Origin: a virus
Length of the DNA stretch: 64,000 nucleotides
Virus record (IMG/VR): IMGVR_UViG_3300028581_000012
Direction: 5' to 3' (one strand)
The position numbers and the translations under genes are program-made. The notes beneath the pieces are model-generated. The model was not told the origin of the DNA, made no database searches, and was given only the letters and a program-made list of their open reading frames with translations. Below are positions 36,900 through 47,451 of the stretch, piece after piece (position 1 is the first letter of the stretch; each line of letters starts with the position of its first letter).

Positions 36900-37326
36900 A
36901 CTAAAATATTTTTAATAATTCATTCCCCCTCTATCAGGTCGAATTTTATCTGCAATATATTGAAAGTTTTTAATAAATAAAGTAGCTAAAGTTGCAAAAG
37001 TAACAAGACCACCAACAGCAGCAATTTTGTCTGACTTTTTTGTTCTTCTTACTTCTCTTCTGATTTTTCTTCCCGTTCTTCTAAACCATTGAACTAATTT
37101 TTTTAACCATTTTGGTTTTCTTCTTGATAACTCCATTATGTAGTTTTCAGCTTCTTCTTCTGTCATATCTGCAAATAAATTATCTACACATCTTTCCATT
37201 GCCATATCATTGTTTTCGTCACAATTTTCTATAGCAACTTCAGCTTGCATATTTGTATTTTCGTTAACAATTCTTCTAACAATTCTTGTTAAATCTGATT
37301 CTGTTAATCTTACTATTCTTTTCATA
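36840..37326. repeat. 61-bp identical direct repeat (36840-36900 and 37266-37326) encoding shared N-terminal leader
   Basis: Compared base by base. Confidence 0.9.
36912..37325 (-). CDS. leader-bearing protein with C-terminal TM helix
   Basis: MKRIVRLTESDL leader; 'IAAVGGLVTFATLATLFI'. Confidence 0.7.
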   Translation of the reverse strand: MKRIVRLTESDLTRIVRRIVNENTNMQAEVAIENCDENNDMAMERCVDNLFADMTEEEAENYIMELSRRKPKWLKKLVQWFRRTGRKIRREVRRTKKSDKIAAVGGLVTFATLATLFIKNFQYIADKIRPDRGGMNY

Positions 37327-37385
37327 ATTATTTTTTTTTAGTTATTTTACTATAAATACTTTACAAATACAAAAAAAACCAATCT

Positions 37386-37991
37386 TTACCAAATTTTTTT
37401 TTCTTTCATATAACCAAGAACACAAGTGTAAGAATCCGCCATATCAAAACATTCTTTTTTCAAAGTGTTATTCTTTGTGTAATGCCAAGTGATTTGAGGT
37501 TCTTTATCTGAAACTTTTTTCCAAATAATTTCTTTTTTATCTGCATCTTTTGGTAATCCACCAAACAATACAAATTTATCTTTGTCATTTTTTTGTATTA
37601 AATCAGGCCAAGCATATTTTCTTGAATTGTATGTTGAAATGTAGTTTGGAACAATACCCAAAATATCATAAATTGATTTTGTAATCATTGAATTATATCT
37701 TAAAAGTATCCCAACTGTCCATACATTGTTTGAATTTAATAATGGTTCCTCAATTACTACTTTAGTAATACCAAGGTTTCTGTAATTTTGAAGTTTTTCT
37801 TCAAATGAAACGACCTTTAATAATAACTCTTGGATTTTATCTTCAGGTTTAGGTTTTATCACTGGTGAAAAATGTGTTAATTCTAATAACTCTTTTGATT
37901 GAATGTCAAATAAAGACCACCCGATTGTTCGAGTTGATATGTCTAAGCCAAGAACTTTTGGTGAGTTCTTCAAATCTGATTTTGTCCCCAT
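37386..37991 (-). CDS. RuvC-like Holliday junction resolvase / RNase H-fold nuclease
   Basis: 'LGLDIST', 'VVIEEP', 'DMADS'. Confidence 0.75.
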   Translation of the reverse strand: MGTKSDLKNSPKVLGLDISTRTIGWSLFDIQSKELLELTHFSPVIKPKPEDKIQELLLKVVSFEEKLQNYRNLGITKVVIEEPLLNSNNVWTVGILLRYNSMITKSIYDILGIVPNYISTYNSRKYAWPDLIQKNDKDKFVLFGGLPKDADKKEIIWKKVSDKEPQITWHYTKNNTLKKECFDMADSYTCVLGYMKEKKIW

Positions 37992-37997
37992 ATAAAA

Positions 37998-40211
37998 TTA
38001 AAAATCGTACTTAATAGGATACTGTTGGACACCTTGTCTTTTTTCAGGTGATTGTATCTTAGAAATAACCATAAGTTCTTTGTCTGCATTGTAAAGTGCA
38101 ACTTCAGTAACATAAGGTGGTGTCGTACCATCCCAAGTTGGATTTGAAGAATCAAAGAATTGTGTTTGACCTAAATTACATAAGAAGTTCATAACATATA
38201 TAGTTGCTTGAATATCTGTTTCAATTGTACCAAAAAAGAAGAATTCACCACCAAAGTTTAATGTAACCCCCGTTTGATTTAATACAGGTAATGTTATATA
38301 ATCATTAAGGTCATATATTGGTGCAGTGTCATACATATTTTTTGTCAACTGTAAAGTTGTTCCAGTTAAACCTGTTACAGTTAGATAACCACCAACCGTT
38401 GTTGCTGATAACTGTGATGTGACATCAATTTCTCTCCATTGCGTTACATCAGGTCTTGTTGTTGCTGTTGTAACTTTTTGAGCCAATAACTTTATATCAT
38501 TTGCCGTAAATCCTGATGGTAATCCAACTGAAGGTACTTGTAAAAATGGGAACTCATTACCAAACCTAACAAGGATGTCAGAAGCGCCCGGTAATAAACT
38601 TTGGTCGTTTCCTGTGATTGTTTGGTAGTAATTACAATGAAGTGAATTTGTAAATGCTGAGTTATTAAATCTATATGTTAAAAACAAAGTTTCAGTATTT
38701 CCTGTTAACAATCCTTGAGTTCCACCTAAAACGCCACTAAATGTATTTGGTGTTACTAAACCTAATTTAGGTGCCGGTAAAGTCCAACTTCTATTTGATT
38801 TGTAATTTAATGCTGCAACTATTTCATCATCATCAAAAACAATAATTTTTAAATCAGGAAAAACCTTACCAACTCTATTTGGGATACCATTTGAATTTGC
38901 GTGAGTGTCCCAAAGATGATAATATCTTAAACCAGGAGCATTAAAGTTTATACTTTTTCTTGACTCAATATAATGTGGAGTAAATAAATTTAAACTAGTA
39001 AAACCTGATGGGTCTGTATATAATACTTCACCAGTTGTACCACTTGGATTTTTATGCCACATTAACCACGGAATTGAAAGTTTGAAGTTTATTGCTTGAC
39101 CTGTATTTCCCGGATTGTTTGCGTCAAAATCTTGCATTGCAAACTTTTCACCATAATAATTGTCTATTGCTTGATTTGTGTAATGTACAATCGCAATGGC
39201 CTTTTGTTCGGATGGTTTTAGAGTTATTTTTTCAGAAAATGAATTATAAAAATAAACTGAGTCAGTATCTGTTTGACCACTATCGGAATAGTAACCCAAA
39301 TATTCTTTAGAACCCGTATATCCTGTTGATGCGAATTGATTAAAGTCTTGGTTTACCGTATCAAAAATACCAGCCGGTGATTCTGTCCACGGAATGTTCA
39401 TATTCCAAACTTTAACATCATTTTGTGAAACATCACAATTAGTTTCAAAATTAAATACATTCGGATGCCAATAAGGTTCAGGTGTAAAAGAATCATAAAT
39501 AACAGTCATACCTGATGGGTAAAAAACAACTCTTGAGTCACCAGTATAACCCATTCCACTAAAGTTTGGTAGTTGTCTATCAACTTGTATATTTACGGTT
39601 GTCGCAGTAGATGTGTCACCTGTTACTCCAACCACAACATAACTAAATATCGGCGCCGCTCCTGTAAATGGTTGTATGTTATCCGTTCCAAATAAAAATA
39701 AAAACATTCCATTTGTAACTGTACCTGATACCGTTGGGTCAATACTTGAATATGTTAATGTTAATACATCTCCCGAGGTTACCGCCGAATTTGAAACAAT
39801 AAAATTTGGATTAATTGTATAGGCTGTTGAGGTGTATGCACTAAAAACAACGGGTGAGCCAGTTGACCCTGTGAAAAAACCACGAGGAGCTGCACTATTA
39901 AAAACATTATCTATGTAAGACGCATCAAATGGAACACCTAAAGTACTTCCTGATGTTGAGTCCACAAATAACGGGTATTTAACTTGCATTCTATTTTTTT
40001 CAGGAATTGGAGCTAAATTTTGTGCGTTGTATTGAGGCATTAAAACATTAAGTTGTACATAATCTGTATTACTTGTACAGTTATAACAAACTTCACTATC
40101 TCCTACCTCAAAATAAGAAATATCAAATTTACCTTGCGATATCTTTTTTCTTGCTGCGTCAGTGATTATGGTGTTAATTAACGCTGAGGTATTTTTGATT
40201 ATATATGACAT
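37998..40211 (-). CDS. virion structural protein (tail/baseplate)
   Basis: N-terminal 'ITDAARKKI..FEVGDSE' and C-terminal 'YVTEVALYN..ELMVISK' resemble tail-collar-fibre type proteins. Confidence 0.7.
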   Translation of the reverse strand: MSYIIKNTSALINTIITDAARKKISQGKFDISYFEVGDSEVCYNCTSNTDYVQLNVLMPQYNAQNLAPIPEKNRMQVKYPLFVDSTSGSTLGVPFDASYIDNVFNSAAPRGFFTGSTGSPVVFSAYTSTAYTINPNFIVSNSAVTSGDVLTLTYSSIDPTVSGTVTNGMFLFLFGTDNIQPFTGAAPIFSYVVVGVTGDTSTATTVNIQVDRQLPNFSGMGYTGDSRVVFYPSGMTVIYDSFTPEPYWHPNVFNFETNCDVSQNDVKVWNMNIPWTESPAGIFDTVNQDFNQFASTGYTGSKEYLGYYSDSGQTDTDSVYFYNSFSEKITLKPSEQKAIAIVHYTNQAIDNYYGEKFAMQDFDANNPGNTGQAINFKLSIPWLMWHKNPSGTTGEVLYTDPSGFTSLNLFTPHYIESRKSINFNAPGLRYYHLWDTHANSNGIPNRVGKVFPDLKIIVFDDDEIVAALNYKSNRSWTLPAPKLGLVTPNTFSGVLGGTQGLLTGNTETLFLTYRFNNSAFTNSLHCNYYQTITGNDQSLLPGASDILVRFGNEFPFLQVPSVGLPSGFTANDIKLLAQKVTTATTRPDVTQWREIDVTSQLSATTVGGYLTVTGLTGTTLQLTKNMYDTAPIYDLNDYITLPVLNQTGVTLNFGGEFFFFGTIETDIQATIYVMNFLCNLGQTQFFDSSNPTWDGTTPPYVTEVALYNADKELMVISKIQSPEKRQGVQQYPIKYDF

Positions 40212-40243
40212 ATTTTATAAATATATTTTTTTATAAATTTATT

Positions 40244-41818
40244 TTAAGAAAAACCTATTTTTTGTAAAGGCATAGTTTTAGGTGAACCGTTAACACTTAT
40301 ACCACTACAGGTTGATGGTGTTATAGTAACATTTGTAATTGAAACTGAATCCAATATATACCCTTCTAATTGACATCCTCTAAATTCTATAGTTGGTGTG
40401 TTAATAAATTGGGTAATTGTTCCGTTTATAAGTCCACCTGAAGATATTGTCGCAGTATAAGTATTTGTGTAAGAACTAAAGTTTATATAAGATGAAGCAC
40501 AAGAAGGTCTACTTAATCCTGTTGATGTGACAATTGAATTAACAGGTGAACTAAGTGTTGCACTACCAACAGTTGTTGCGGTTATTGAATTTGTAATTAC
40601 AGGAACGTTTGATGCGAATGTTTTACCTGTAAATCCAACGGCAGTATTAATTGTAAAGTTTACAGTTTTACCAGCAGGTAATGTAGGACTTACATTAATT
40701 TGATAGTACCAAGTTTTTGTTACGGTAGTCCCAACATTCACTTGATTAGCTAAAGGTGTCAAACTTAAATTTAAAACATAATTAGTAAATGCACTTTGTG
40801 GTGTTAGAGTTACTGATTGTGTTGTAACAGTATTATTGGTATCTTTAATATGAACTGTATAATTTCCAGCAACTAAACCTAAAAAGACATTTGACGCTTG
40901 GTAATTAACCCCATTTATTGAATAAGTGTAAGAAGGGACCCCACCATATCCTGTCACATTTAACACTCCATTACTTGTATTTGAGCAAGTTGGTTGGGTT
41001 GTTACAACAGATAATGTAAGTGGTGGTGTTGTGCAAACTCCTGTACTAACTAATACGGTTCCTTGATAAGTCCCTAACAATGACCAATTTCCTGTTGGTG
41101 GTGTTGTTGGTTGAAGTAGTGCGGGTACACCAGGATTAGTCCATCCACTTATTTCCCATCTTGTATTTCCTGTGTTGTAGTACATTGTTGTTGTTGAACT
41201 TGTCCAAGATGGGTATCCATTAATTGTTGAACCGCTTGTGTATGTGGTTAGATATGTGTTGTTTAATGAAGGAGTATATTCAAAACATAAATTTTGTGGG
41301 TAAACCGGTGTAGGTACTGGTGGTGGTAAACAATCTGAACAAGTATCAAATGGCCCTGTAGAAATTACTGCAAAATTATTTACATAGGATTGTCCCGTAT
41401 AAAGTGTTTGACCACTATGTGTCCAACAACCCGTTTGTGTTGTTAAACTATAAACTTTACCATCAACAAACTTAGATGGTAAATCGGCAACATAATAAAC
41501 AAAGTTTCCTGAATTTTGACAATCCTCAAATTGTTCCAAATAAAAACTATCATAGTCAACACTACAAGTTGTTCTTCCTGTAAAATCACCATAATAATCA
41601 ATAACCGTTGCGGTATAATCACCAGGTAGTAAGTTTGTTATTAAAGAACCTTGAGCTCCGTTGCTCCAAGAAATATTATATGGTGGTGTTCCTCCTGTAA
41701 CATAAAGAGTTATAAGACCATTTGTAGAATCAGGTGTTGACGCATTAATACTATCACAATCTAACCCCAATGGTAGAAGTGTTATTATATTACAACTATT
41801 TCCACTTAAAAGTCCCAT
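40244..41818 (-). CDS. SprB-repeat-containing virion/fibre protein
   Basis: 'TGGTPPYNISWSNG..NLLPGDYT', 'GGVPSYTYSING..GLVAGNYTVHIKD'. Confidence 0.75.
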   Translation of the reverse strand: MGLLSGNSCNIITLLPLGLDCDSINASTPDSTNGLITLYVTGGTPPYNISWSNGAQGSLITNLLPGDYTATVIDYYGDFTGRTTCSVDYDSFYLEQFEDCQNSGNFVYYVADLPSKFVDGKVYSLTTQTGCWTHSGQTLYTGQSYVNNFAVISTGPFDTCSDCLPPPVPTPVYPQNLCFEYTPSLNNTYLTTYTSGSTINGYPSWTSSTTTMYYNTGNTRWEISGWTNPGVPALLQPTTPPTGNWSLLGTYQGTVLVSTGVCTTPPLTLSVVTTQPTCSNTSNGVLNVTGYGGVPSYTYSINGVNYQASNVFLGLVAGNYTVHIKDTNNTVTTQSVTLTPQSAFTNYVLNLSLTPLANQVNVGTTVTKTWYYQINVSPTLPAGKTVNFTINTAVGFTGKTFASNVPVITNSITATTVGSATLSSPVNSIVTSTGLSRPSCASSYINFSSYTNTYTATISSGGLINGTITQFINTPTIEFRGCQLEGYILDSVSITNVTITPSTCSGISVNGSPKTMPLQKIGFS

Positions 41819-41819
41819 A

Positions 41820-43394
41820 TTACCAAGTTGCTCCGCTTATTCTTTTCCAACCTGTGTTGTCTTTATAGTAAAAATAACTATTGTCCCATCGTAAAGAACC
41901 GGGTTCTCCTAATGTGTCTAAACTACTTGTTGGTGTACCTGAATAAGCCAAAACAATGTTTGGAACATATACTGTATTTGATAATGTTGCAGTAATACCA
42001 GTCCCTCCTAAAATAACTGAACGAAATGTATTTACCGTATTTCCTGAACCACCAATAATTGCAGAATCATAAACTGGAGCTGAAGGTCCAGAACCCGTGA
42101 TGGTATTATATTTTCCTCCTAAAATTGTTGAGTTATCCGTATCACCACTCTGAATTAAATTAGAAATACCTCCTAATATCGCACCTTGTGAATTATTAAT
42201 TGTAGATTGTTTACTATAAACAAAAGATAATTCCCCGTTATTTATGTTGTCATTTCCCCCCGCAAAAGCTTTGTCTGAGTTAATTTGATTTGCTACCCCA
42301 ATAATAAATGAATTATTCCCTTCTATTTTGTTAGAGTCCCCAAAAGAAACTGAACTTGTTCCGACCACATAATTATTATTATTAAAAACACAAGAATTGA
42401 TGCCAAATACGGTGTTGGATTTTCCTTGTGCAAAAGTAGATTTACTTAATGCGTTATTAGTTTCATTTATAGCCATTGAAAAATCTCCCAAGGCTGCAGC
42501 ACTGCTACCTTTAGCGTTAGAAATGAATCCACCAACGTTTTGGTTACCATTCCAAGTAGAAACAGGCGCAGTATTTCCAACAACCGCAAATGAACTAGTA
42601 CTTGTTGAAATATCGTACAAATAAATTATTGTTTGACTTCCGTTAAAAGTTGCTCCTGATACTTTTCTATAGGTTTCAGTTAAAGTATTTGCATATGACA
42701 CATCATTTATATACACATAATCATCTGAAGTATATTCTGTTGTGATGTCACCATAAGAACTTGAAAGGTAAATAACTCCAGCAGTCAATCCTGTTGCTAA
42801 ATATCCTTTGTTTGTACCGGCCAAAGTTCTATAACCTTCAGCGTGTGAATAAGTACCTATTGCAATTGTAGTCTTACCTTCAGCGTGAGATGCATTTCCA
42901 AATGCAAGTGTGTTTTCACCTTCAGCGTGTGAAGTAATTCCTGACGCGATTGTACCTGAACCTTCAGCGTGTGTGTAATTACTTAACGCTTGTGTATTAT
43001 TACCAAACGCAAAAGATAAAGTCCCTTGAGCATCAGAACCTGTGGATTGAACTCTATTATGTACTGTTATTTCGTTTGAACAAGCATGAATATTTTCAGT
43101 GTAAAAACTTGTAATACAATTTCCCGAACCACCTGTAAATGGTGTTGTAAGACCTGAAACGGTAAAAGTTCCGCCAGTACTATTGGTAAAAGTTAATGTA
43201 CCTCCTGAAGAAACTGCAGTTCCACCTGTTAAATATACATCAGGTGAACCCCCAAATAAAGGTACCAACTGACTTAGTGATGCTTTATATGATGAACCAC
43301 TAGCACTTTGTGATGTATCACCTGTTATTACAATATGTATAAGGTCATTAAGTGAAGCCCCTGTGGCGAATGTCCTTGATGTTAAAGTTGCCAT
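41820..43394 (-). CDS. tail fibre/adhesin with YadA-like beta-roll repeats
   Basis: Repeated (S/T)HAEG; 'ILGGxxN' repeats; C-terminal 'GWKR'. Confidence 0.75.
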   Translation of the reverse strand: MATLTSRTFATGASLNDLIHIVITGDTSQSASGSSYKASLSQLVPLFGGSPDVYLTGGTAVSSGGTLTFTNSTGGTFTVSGLTTPFTGGSGNCITSFYTENIHACSNEITVHNRVQSTGSDAQGTLSFAFGNNTQALSNYTHAEGSGTIASGITSHAEGENTLAFGNASHAEGKTTIAIGTYSHAEGYRTLAGTNKGYLATGLTAGVIYLSSSYGDITTEYTSDDYVYINDVSYANTLTETYRKVSGATFNGSQTIIYLYDISTSTSSFAVVGNTAPVSTWNGNQNVGGFISNAKGSSAAALGDFSMAINETNNALSKSTFAQGKSNTVFGINSCVFNNNNYVVGTSSVSFGDSNKIEGNNSFIIGVANQINSDKAFAGGNDNINNGELSFVYSKQSTINNSQGAILGGISNLIQSGDTDNSTILGGKYNTITGSGPSAPVYDSAIIGGSGNTVNTFRSVILGGTGITATLSNTVYVPNIVLAYSGTPTSSLDTLGEPGSLRWDNSYFYYKDNTGWKRISGATW

Positions 43395-43418
43395 TTTTTA
43401 TTTTATATATATCATAGT

Positions 43419-43709
43419 TTATTGAAAGTCGTATGGTATTCCGTCTTGGAATTCAAAACATATTAAATTTTCAAATTGTTTATATGTGCAAAAACTATCT
43501 GAACAGAATTCACATCCATTTGCATCTATTATTTTAATAACATAACTGTTCATTGATTCAAAGGAAACAGGTAAGGTAAATGAATATGGTACGGTAGTAA
43601 TTGTTGCAATATATTGACAAGTACCATATATACCACATTCATCGCAAACCCACACGTCGTATGGACTTGTTCCTGATATAATTGTGTTAAGTGTTACTAT
43701 TGTTGCCAT
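43419..43709 (-). CDS. small structural protein, paralog family A
   Basis: 'SGTSPYDVWVCD..C.YI..IKIIDANGC'. Confidence 0.7.
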   Translation of the reverse strand: MATIVTLNTIISGTSPYDVWVCDECGIYGTCQYIATITTVPYSFTLPVSFESMNSYVIKIIDANGCEFCSDSFCTYKQFENLICFEFQDGIPYDFQ

Positions 43710-43711
43710 TT

Positions 43712-45322
43712 TTAACAAACTCCATTAACTGTGCAGAACTCAGTGATTACACCACTATTATCAACACTATAAATTTTATTTCCGTATCTTATATAATCAA
43801 TCGTCAAAGGATATAATAATGATGAATTACTATAAACTGTAACACCTGTTTGTATTTGATTAATTGAAGGGTGGGTATAGAATATTGTTTGAACTCCAAA
43901 GTTTGTTAATTGACATCCTGGACAATTAACTGAATATGCACCATTACCTATCCAAGTATTAAATGTACCAACGAGTGGTTCAACTTGTAAACATTCTGTG
44001 CAGTCAACATATGTTGTTGCTGTTGTCGCCGTAAATCTATCTTCATTTACCACAATATAACCTGAAGGTGGAACATAATTTATAAAGTATCCTACATAAC
44101 TATAACAATTTCCGGAATAATCCCTAATTACTTCTCCTGGGTCTAGATTTGTTGGTGGATATGCTGTTTGTGTAATCATAGATGTTGTCGTACAAGATGT
44201 GAACACAAAGTAAGTACCAGGGGCATATGTTGGTGTAGGTGTCGGCGTAGGTGTAGGTGTCGGAGTTGGTGTCGGAGTTGGTGTAGGTGTCGGAGTTGGC
44301 GCTGGACAAACAGTACATCCTGTGTACGCTGAAACAACAAGTTTAACTGTCGCGTTTGGACTAGCAGTTGTATCTTGTATGTAAGTTGCACATTTTAATT
44401 GGTCGTTAATGACACCCAAGAACGTCTGACCTGTTGTTATTGGTGTTCCTGATATATCTAAAGAACCTGAAACATAATAAGTGACGTTTTCATTACAATC
44501 TCTTAACTCTTTAACTCTAAAACATACAAAGTTTCCATCATCAATTGTAAATGTTACAGTTTCACCCGTTAAATTAATTGTTGGTGTCGGTGTTGGAGTT
44601 GGTGTAGGAGTTGGAGTTGGTGTAGGAGTTGTTCCACTAACTGTAATATCAACGGTAAACCCTGAACATATATCGGGTGTTGGTGATGGTGTCGGAGTTG
44701 GTGTGGGTGTTGGAGTTGGTGTGGGTGTTGGAGTTGGGGTTGGTGATACACATAACACATCAACTTCAAAATCAAATATATCACAAACAGGTGTTGGTGT
44801 TGGCGTTGGAGTAACACAAGAACCTGCGTAAAATAAATCCGTATATAAATTTGGACAAGTTGATAATGTTGGGTCTTGTCCAAAGAAATAACAACCTGTT
44901 CCAGGTGCTGTACCTAAACACCATTTTGTAGGTCCTTTATAAATGTATCCCGGTTGTGTTCCACCTGTAAAAAACGGTAAAGTATTATAACTTCCCGCCA
45001 CAACATAACTACCACTATATGCTGAAAAATTTACATCGTTAATTTGAACACAATACACATTTGAACAACATTCTCCCGTTGCGCAAAATGATGATGAGCA
45101 ACCTGATAGTTGTTGGGTGTATATTCCGTTAGGTACAATACTTGTTGCAGTGAATCCTGAAGTGAATGCAGATACTATAGTATAACATCCATTAACAACA
45201 ACACTATCATAAGTGACACTAAAAACTGTTGTAACAGCCGATGTTGCACCGGTCCAATTTGATTGGTCCGTATAATATTGTAATCCGGGATAACAACAAC
45301 TTTGTAAGAGTATATTCGCCAT
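43712..45322 (-). CDS. Cys-rich virion protein with mucin-like Pro-Thr tracts
   Basis: Four (PT)n runs separating Cys-rich domains. Confidence 0.8.
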   Translation of the reverse strand: MANILLQSCCYPGLQYYTDQSNWTGATSAVTTVFSVTYDSVVVNGCYTIVSAFTSGFTATSIVPNGIYTQQLSGCSSSFCATGECCSNVYCVQINDVNFSAYSGSYVVAGSYNTLPFFTGGTQPGYIYKGPTKWCLGTAPGTGCYFFGQDPTLSTCPNLYTDLFYAGSCVTPTPTPTPVCDIFDFEVDVLCVSPTPTPTPTPTPTPTPTPTPSPTPDICSGFTVDITVSGTTPTPTPTPTPTPTPTPTINLTGETVTFTIDDGNFVCFRVKELRDCNENVTYYVSGSLDISGTPITTGQTFLGVINDQLKCATYIQDTTASPNATVKLVVSAYTGCTVCPAPTPTPTPTPTPTPTPTPTPTPTPTYAPGTYFVFTSCTTTSMITQTAYPPTNLDPGEVIRDYSGNCYSYVGYFINYVPPSGYIVVNEDRFTATTATTYVDCTECLQVEPLVGTFNTWIGNGAYSVNCPGCQLTNFGVQTIFYTHPSINQIQTGVTVYSNSSLLYPLTIDYIRYGNKIYSVDNSGVITEFCTVNGVC

Positions 45323-45367
45323 TAAAAAATTAACTTTATAATATAAATAAGCTTATGTTTATTTTAT

Positions 45368-46165
45368 TTACAACTCAAGGTCCGTTTCTTCAGGAAGATA
45401 GTTATAAAAGTGTTTATATGCGTGAATAAAAGCAACATCGGGCTGTTCTTCCATAGGTATTGACCAACCACTTTTATCCCACCAATTTCCTTTATTTTTT
45501 GAATCGTATTCTGCCCAATCATTCCAAACACCACTTGTATAACCAAAAAATTGAAAAAGAAATGAAAGTGTCGCATCACACCACTCGATTGGTCTTGAAT
45601 CCAACTGATATATTTCACCCCAAGGAACCTCGTTTAAATTATTATATATTTCAATAAATTTTTTACGATTGAATATTGCCCCTCCACACGCACCATAACC
45701 TTCTAATGAGCCAATCTCACTCCAATAATGTCGTGATTCGTCTGTTATATTGAATTTGTTTTTCAAATATTTGTAAAGTTCAGGAGTATACATAGGTCCG
45801 TTTGCTCCCGCAATATCAAAAGTCGGTGGTTTTGTTATTTCACATTTACACCAAACATCATCTTCATAATGTATTACCCAATCAACGTCTTTTAATGTTG
45901 TCACACAAGCATCATAAATTCTTTTTAACCAATCCAAAGGTCCATTTTCACCTAAAAAAACCCTACCCGAATGAGGATTATTAATTCCTTGTTGTTCAAT
46001 CCAAGTATAGTCACAATTAAATTTTTTTGCAACAGGCTCTAATAATTTAGAACCATCTTCATATAACGCAACTGGAATGTTTGGGTAAATTTTTCTTAAC
46101 TGTTCTAGCGCTTTATAACAAGCAACAAGTTTATGCCCTGATTGATAAAATGCACCTATTTTCAT
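45368..46165 (-). CDS. GT-A fold glycosyltransferase
   Basis: 'ALYEDG', 'VIHYEDDVW' DxD-like motif, 'ACGGAIF', C-terminal 'FIHAYK'. Confidence 0.7.
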   Translation of the reverse strand: MKIGAFYQSGHKLVACYKALEQLRKIYPNIPVALYEDGSKLLEPVAKKFNCDYTWIEQQGINNPHSGRVFLGENGPLDWLKRIYDACVTTLKDVDWVIHYEDDVWCKCEITKPPTFDIAGANGPMYTPELYKYLKNKFNITDESRHYWSEIGSLEGYGACGGAIFNRKKFIEIYNNLNEVPWGEIYQLDSRPIEWCDATLSFLFQFFGYTSGVWNDWAEYDSKNKGNWWDKSGWSIPMEEQPDVAFIHAYKHFYNYLPEETDLEL

Positions 46166-47403
46166 ATTTCACCTGTTATTTGTTTTATCCACCCATTTTC
46201 TTTATGGTGTAACCATATTGACCACGATTTAGCAGAATCATCAACCATAAAGGTTCTCTTAATTTGGACGTAGTCACTTTTAACACTATAACAAGTTTTT
46301 AATTCGTCTTCAGAGGCATCTTCTCTAAATATTTCACCACCAAATTCATCTAAAAATGAAACGGCCCAAAAATCATAATTATCTTCAGGTGCTTCAATTC
46401 TTGGAACAACTATATTGTATGTGAATTTATTTAGTTTTGTTTCAAACCAATTTGAGTCGTCGTTAATTGGCGGGTCAGTCCCTTTTAATGTTTCGGGGTG
46501 TAATCTTCTTTTTTTAAAATCAATACCAGCATATAACTCATAATCCCTATGAGACCTTACATCACCTAAACCAAATTCCCCTAAATCAATATTATTATCT
46601 TCTTCTTGTAACATATGTCTTAATCTAACCAACCCTTCTGAATTGATTACATGCCATTCTTTTTCAATTAGACCACTTTTTACATTTTCTTCATTAAAAT
46701 CATCCCAATGTTTAGTTCTACCTATTCTTGTATATTCATGCCAAACAACTGTCTTATGGGGGTGGAATAAATCATAACCCAAAGTATAAGACCTAATAGA
46801 TAGACTTATTTCATCACCTGCAAAATATATATTTGGGTCGTACTTGTACTCATCACAATGTTTACCTAATGTAAAAAAGAAATGACCGCTTACAAATCTT
46901 GCAGGTATAGGTTTTTCTAATTTTTGCCAATTTGGTATTTGTTCAGGATAAAAGAAAATTGTTCCATACTCTGAAAACTTTCTTGCAACACACTTGTATG
47001 GTTCTTCGTTTAATAACTTATTAGTTTTTGGTTCATACATACCTGCGTATGCGGTAATTATTGGTTTTTCAACACCAGTTAATTTCATCATTTCAATTAA
47101 TTCTACATCCCAATCTTGTAAAAAACGGTGATGTGAGTCTAATTGCATTGTGTATTCTTCACCCTTCCATAGTTTTTGAATAAGACTTCTAGCCCAACAT
47201 AAACCTTTACTTTTGGTCCAGTGATAGTCCAAAATTGTGAACCTTTCGTCTTTTTGAAACTCTTCTAAGGATTCATTTTCGTCTCTTTGCCAACAAAGAC
47301 CGAATGTTAGATTTTCAGGATATTTTGCTTTATTAATACAATCTCTAATTGTTGGTAAGAGTTCGGGGTCGCGATAAGATGCGATTTGAACAAATATTTT
47401 CAT
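46162..47403 (-). CDS. GT60-like alpha-GlcNAc transferase (Skp1 hydroxyproline/mucin GlcNAc-T family)
   Basis: 'IFVQIASYRDPEL', 'SKGLCWAR', 'QLDSHHRF..WD', 'YFAGDEISLSIRSYTLGYDLF', 'WHEY'. Confidence 0.85.
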   Translation of the reverse strand: MKIFVQIASYRDPELLPTIRDCINKAKYPENLTFGLCWQRDENESLEEFQKDERFTILDYHWTKSKGLCWARSLIQKLWKGEEYTMQLDSHHRFLQDWDVELIEMMKLTGVEKPIITAYAGMYEPKTNKLLNEEPYKCVARKFSEYGTIFFYPEQIPNWQKLEKPIPARFVSGHFFFTLGKHCDEYKYDPNIYFAGDEISLSIRSYTLGYDLFHPHKTVVWHEYTRIGRTKHWDDFNEENVKSGLIEKEWHVINSEGLVRLRHMLQEEDNNIDLGEFGLGDVRSHRDYELYAGIDFKKRRLHPETLKGTDPPINDDSNWFETKLNKFTYNIVVPRIEAPEDNYDFWAVSFLDEFGGEIFREDASEDELKTCYSVKSDYVQIKRTFMVDDSAKSWSIWLHHKENGWIKQITGEI

Positions 47404-47451
47404 AAAGAAAAATTATCAAATAAAGTATACAAATAAACATTTTTTTAAAAA

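Noticed and set aside
44230-44812. GGTGT(A/C/T)GG(A/T)GT short repeats as CRISPR or VNTR
   Set aside because: They are degenerate codons of in-frame Pro-Thr tracts, with no repeat-spacer structure.
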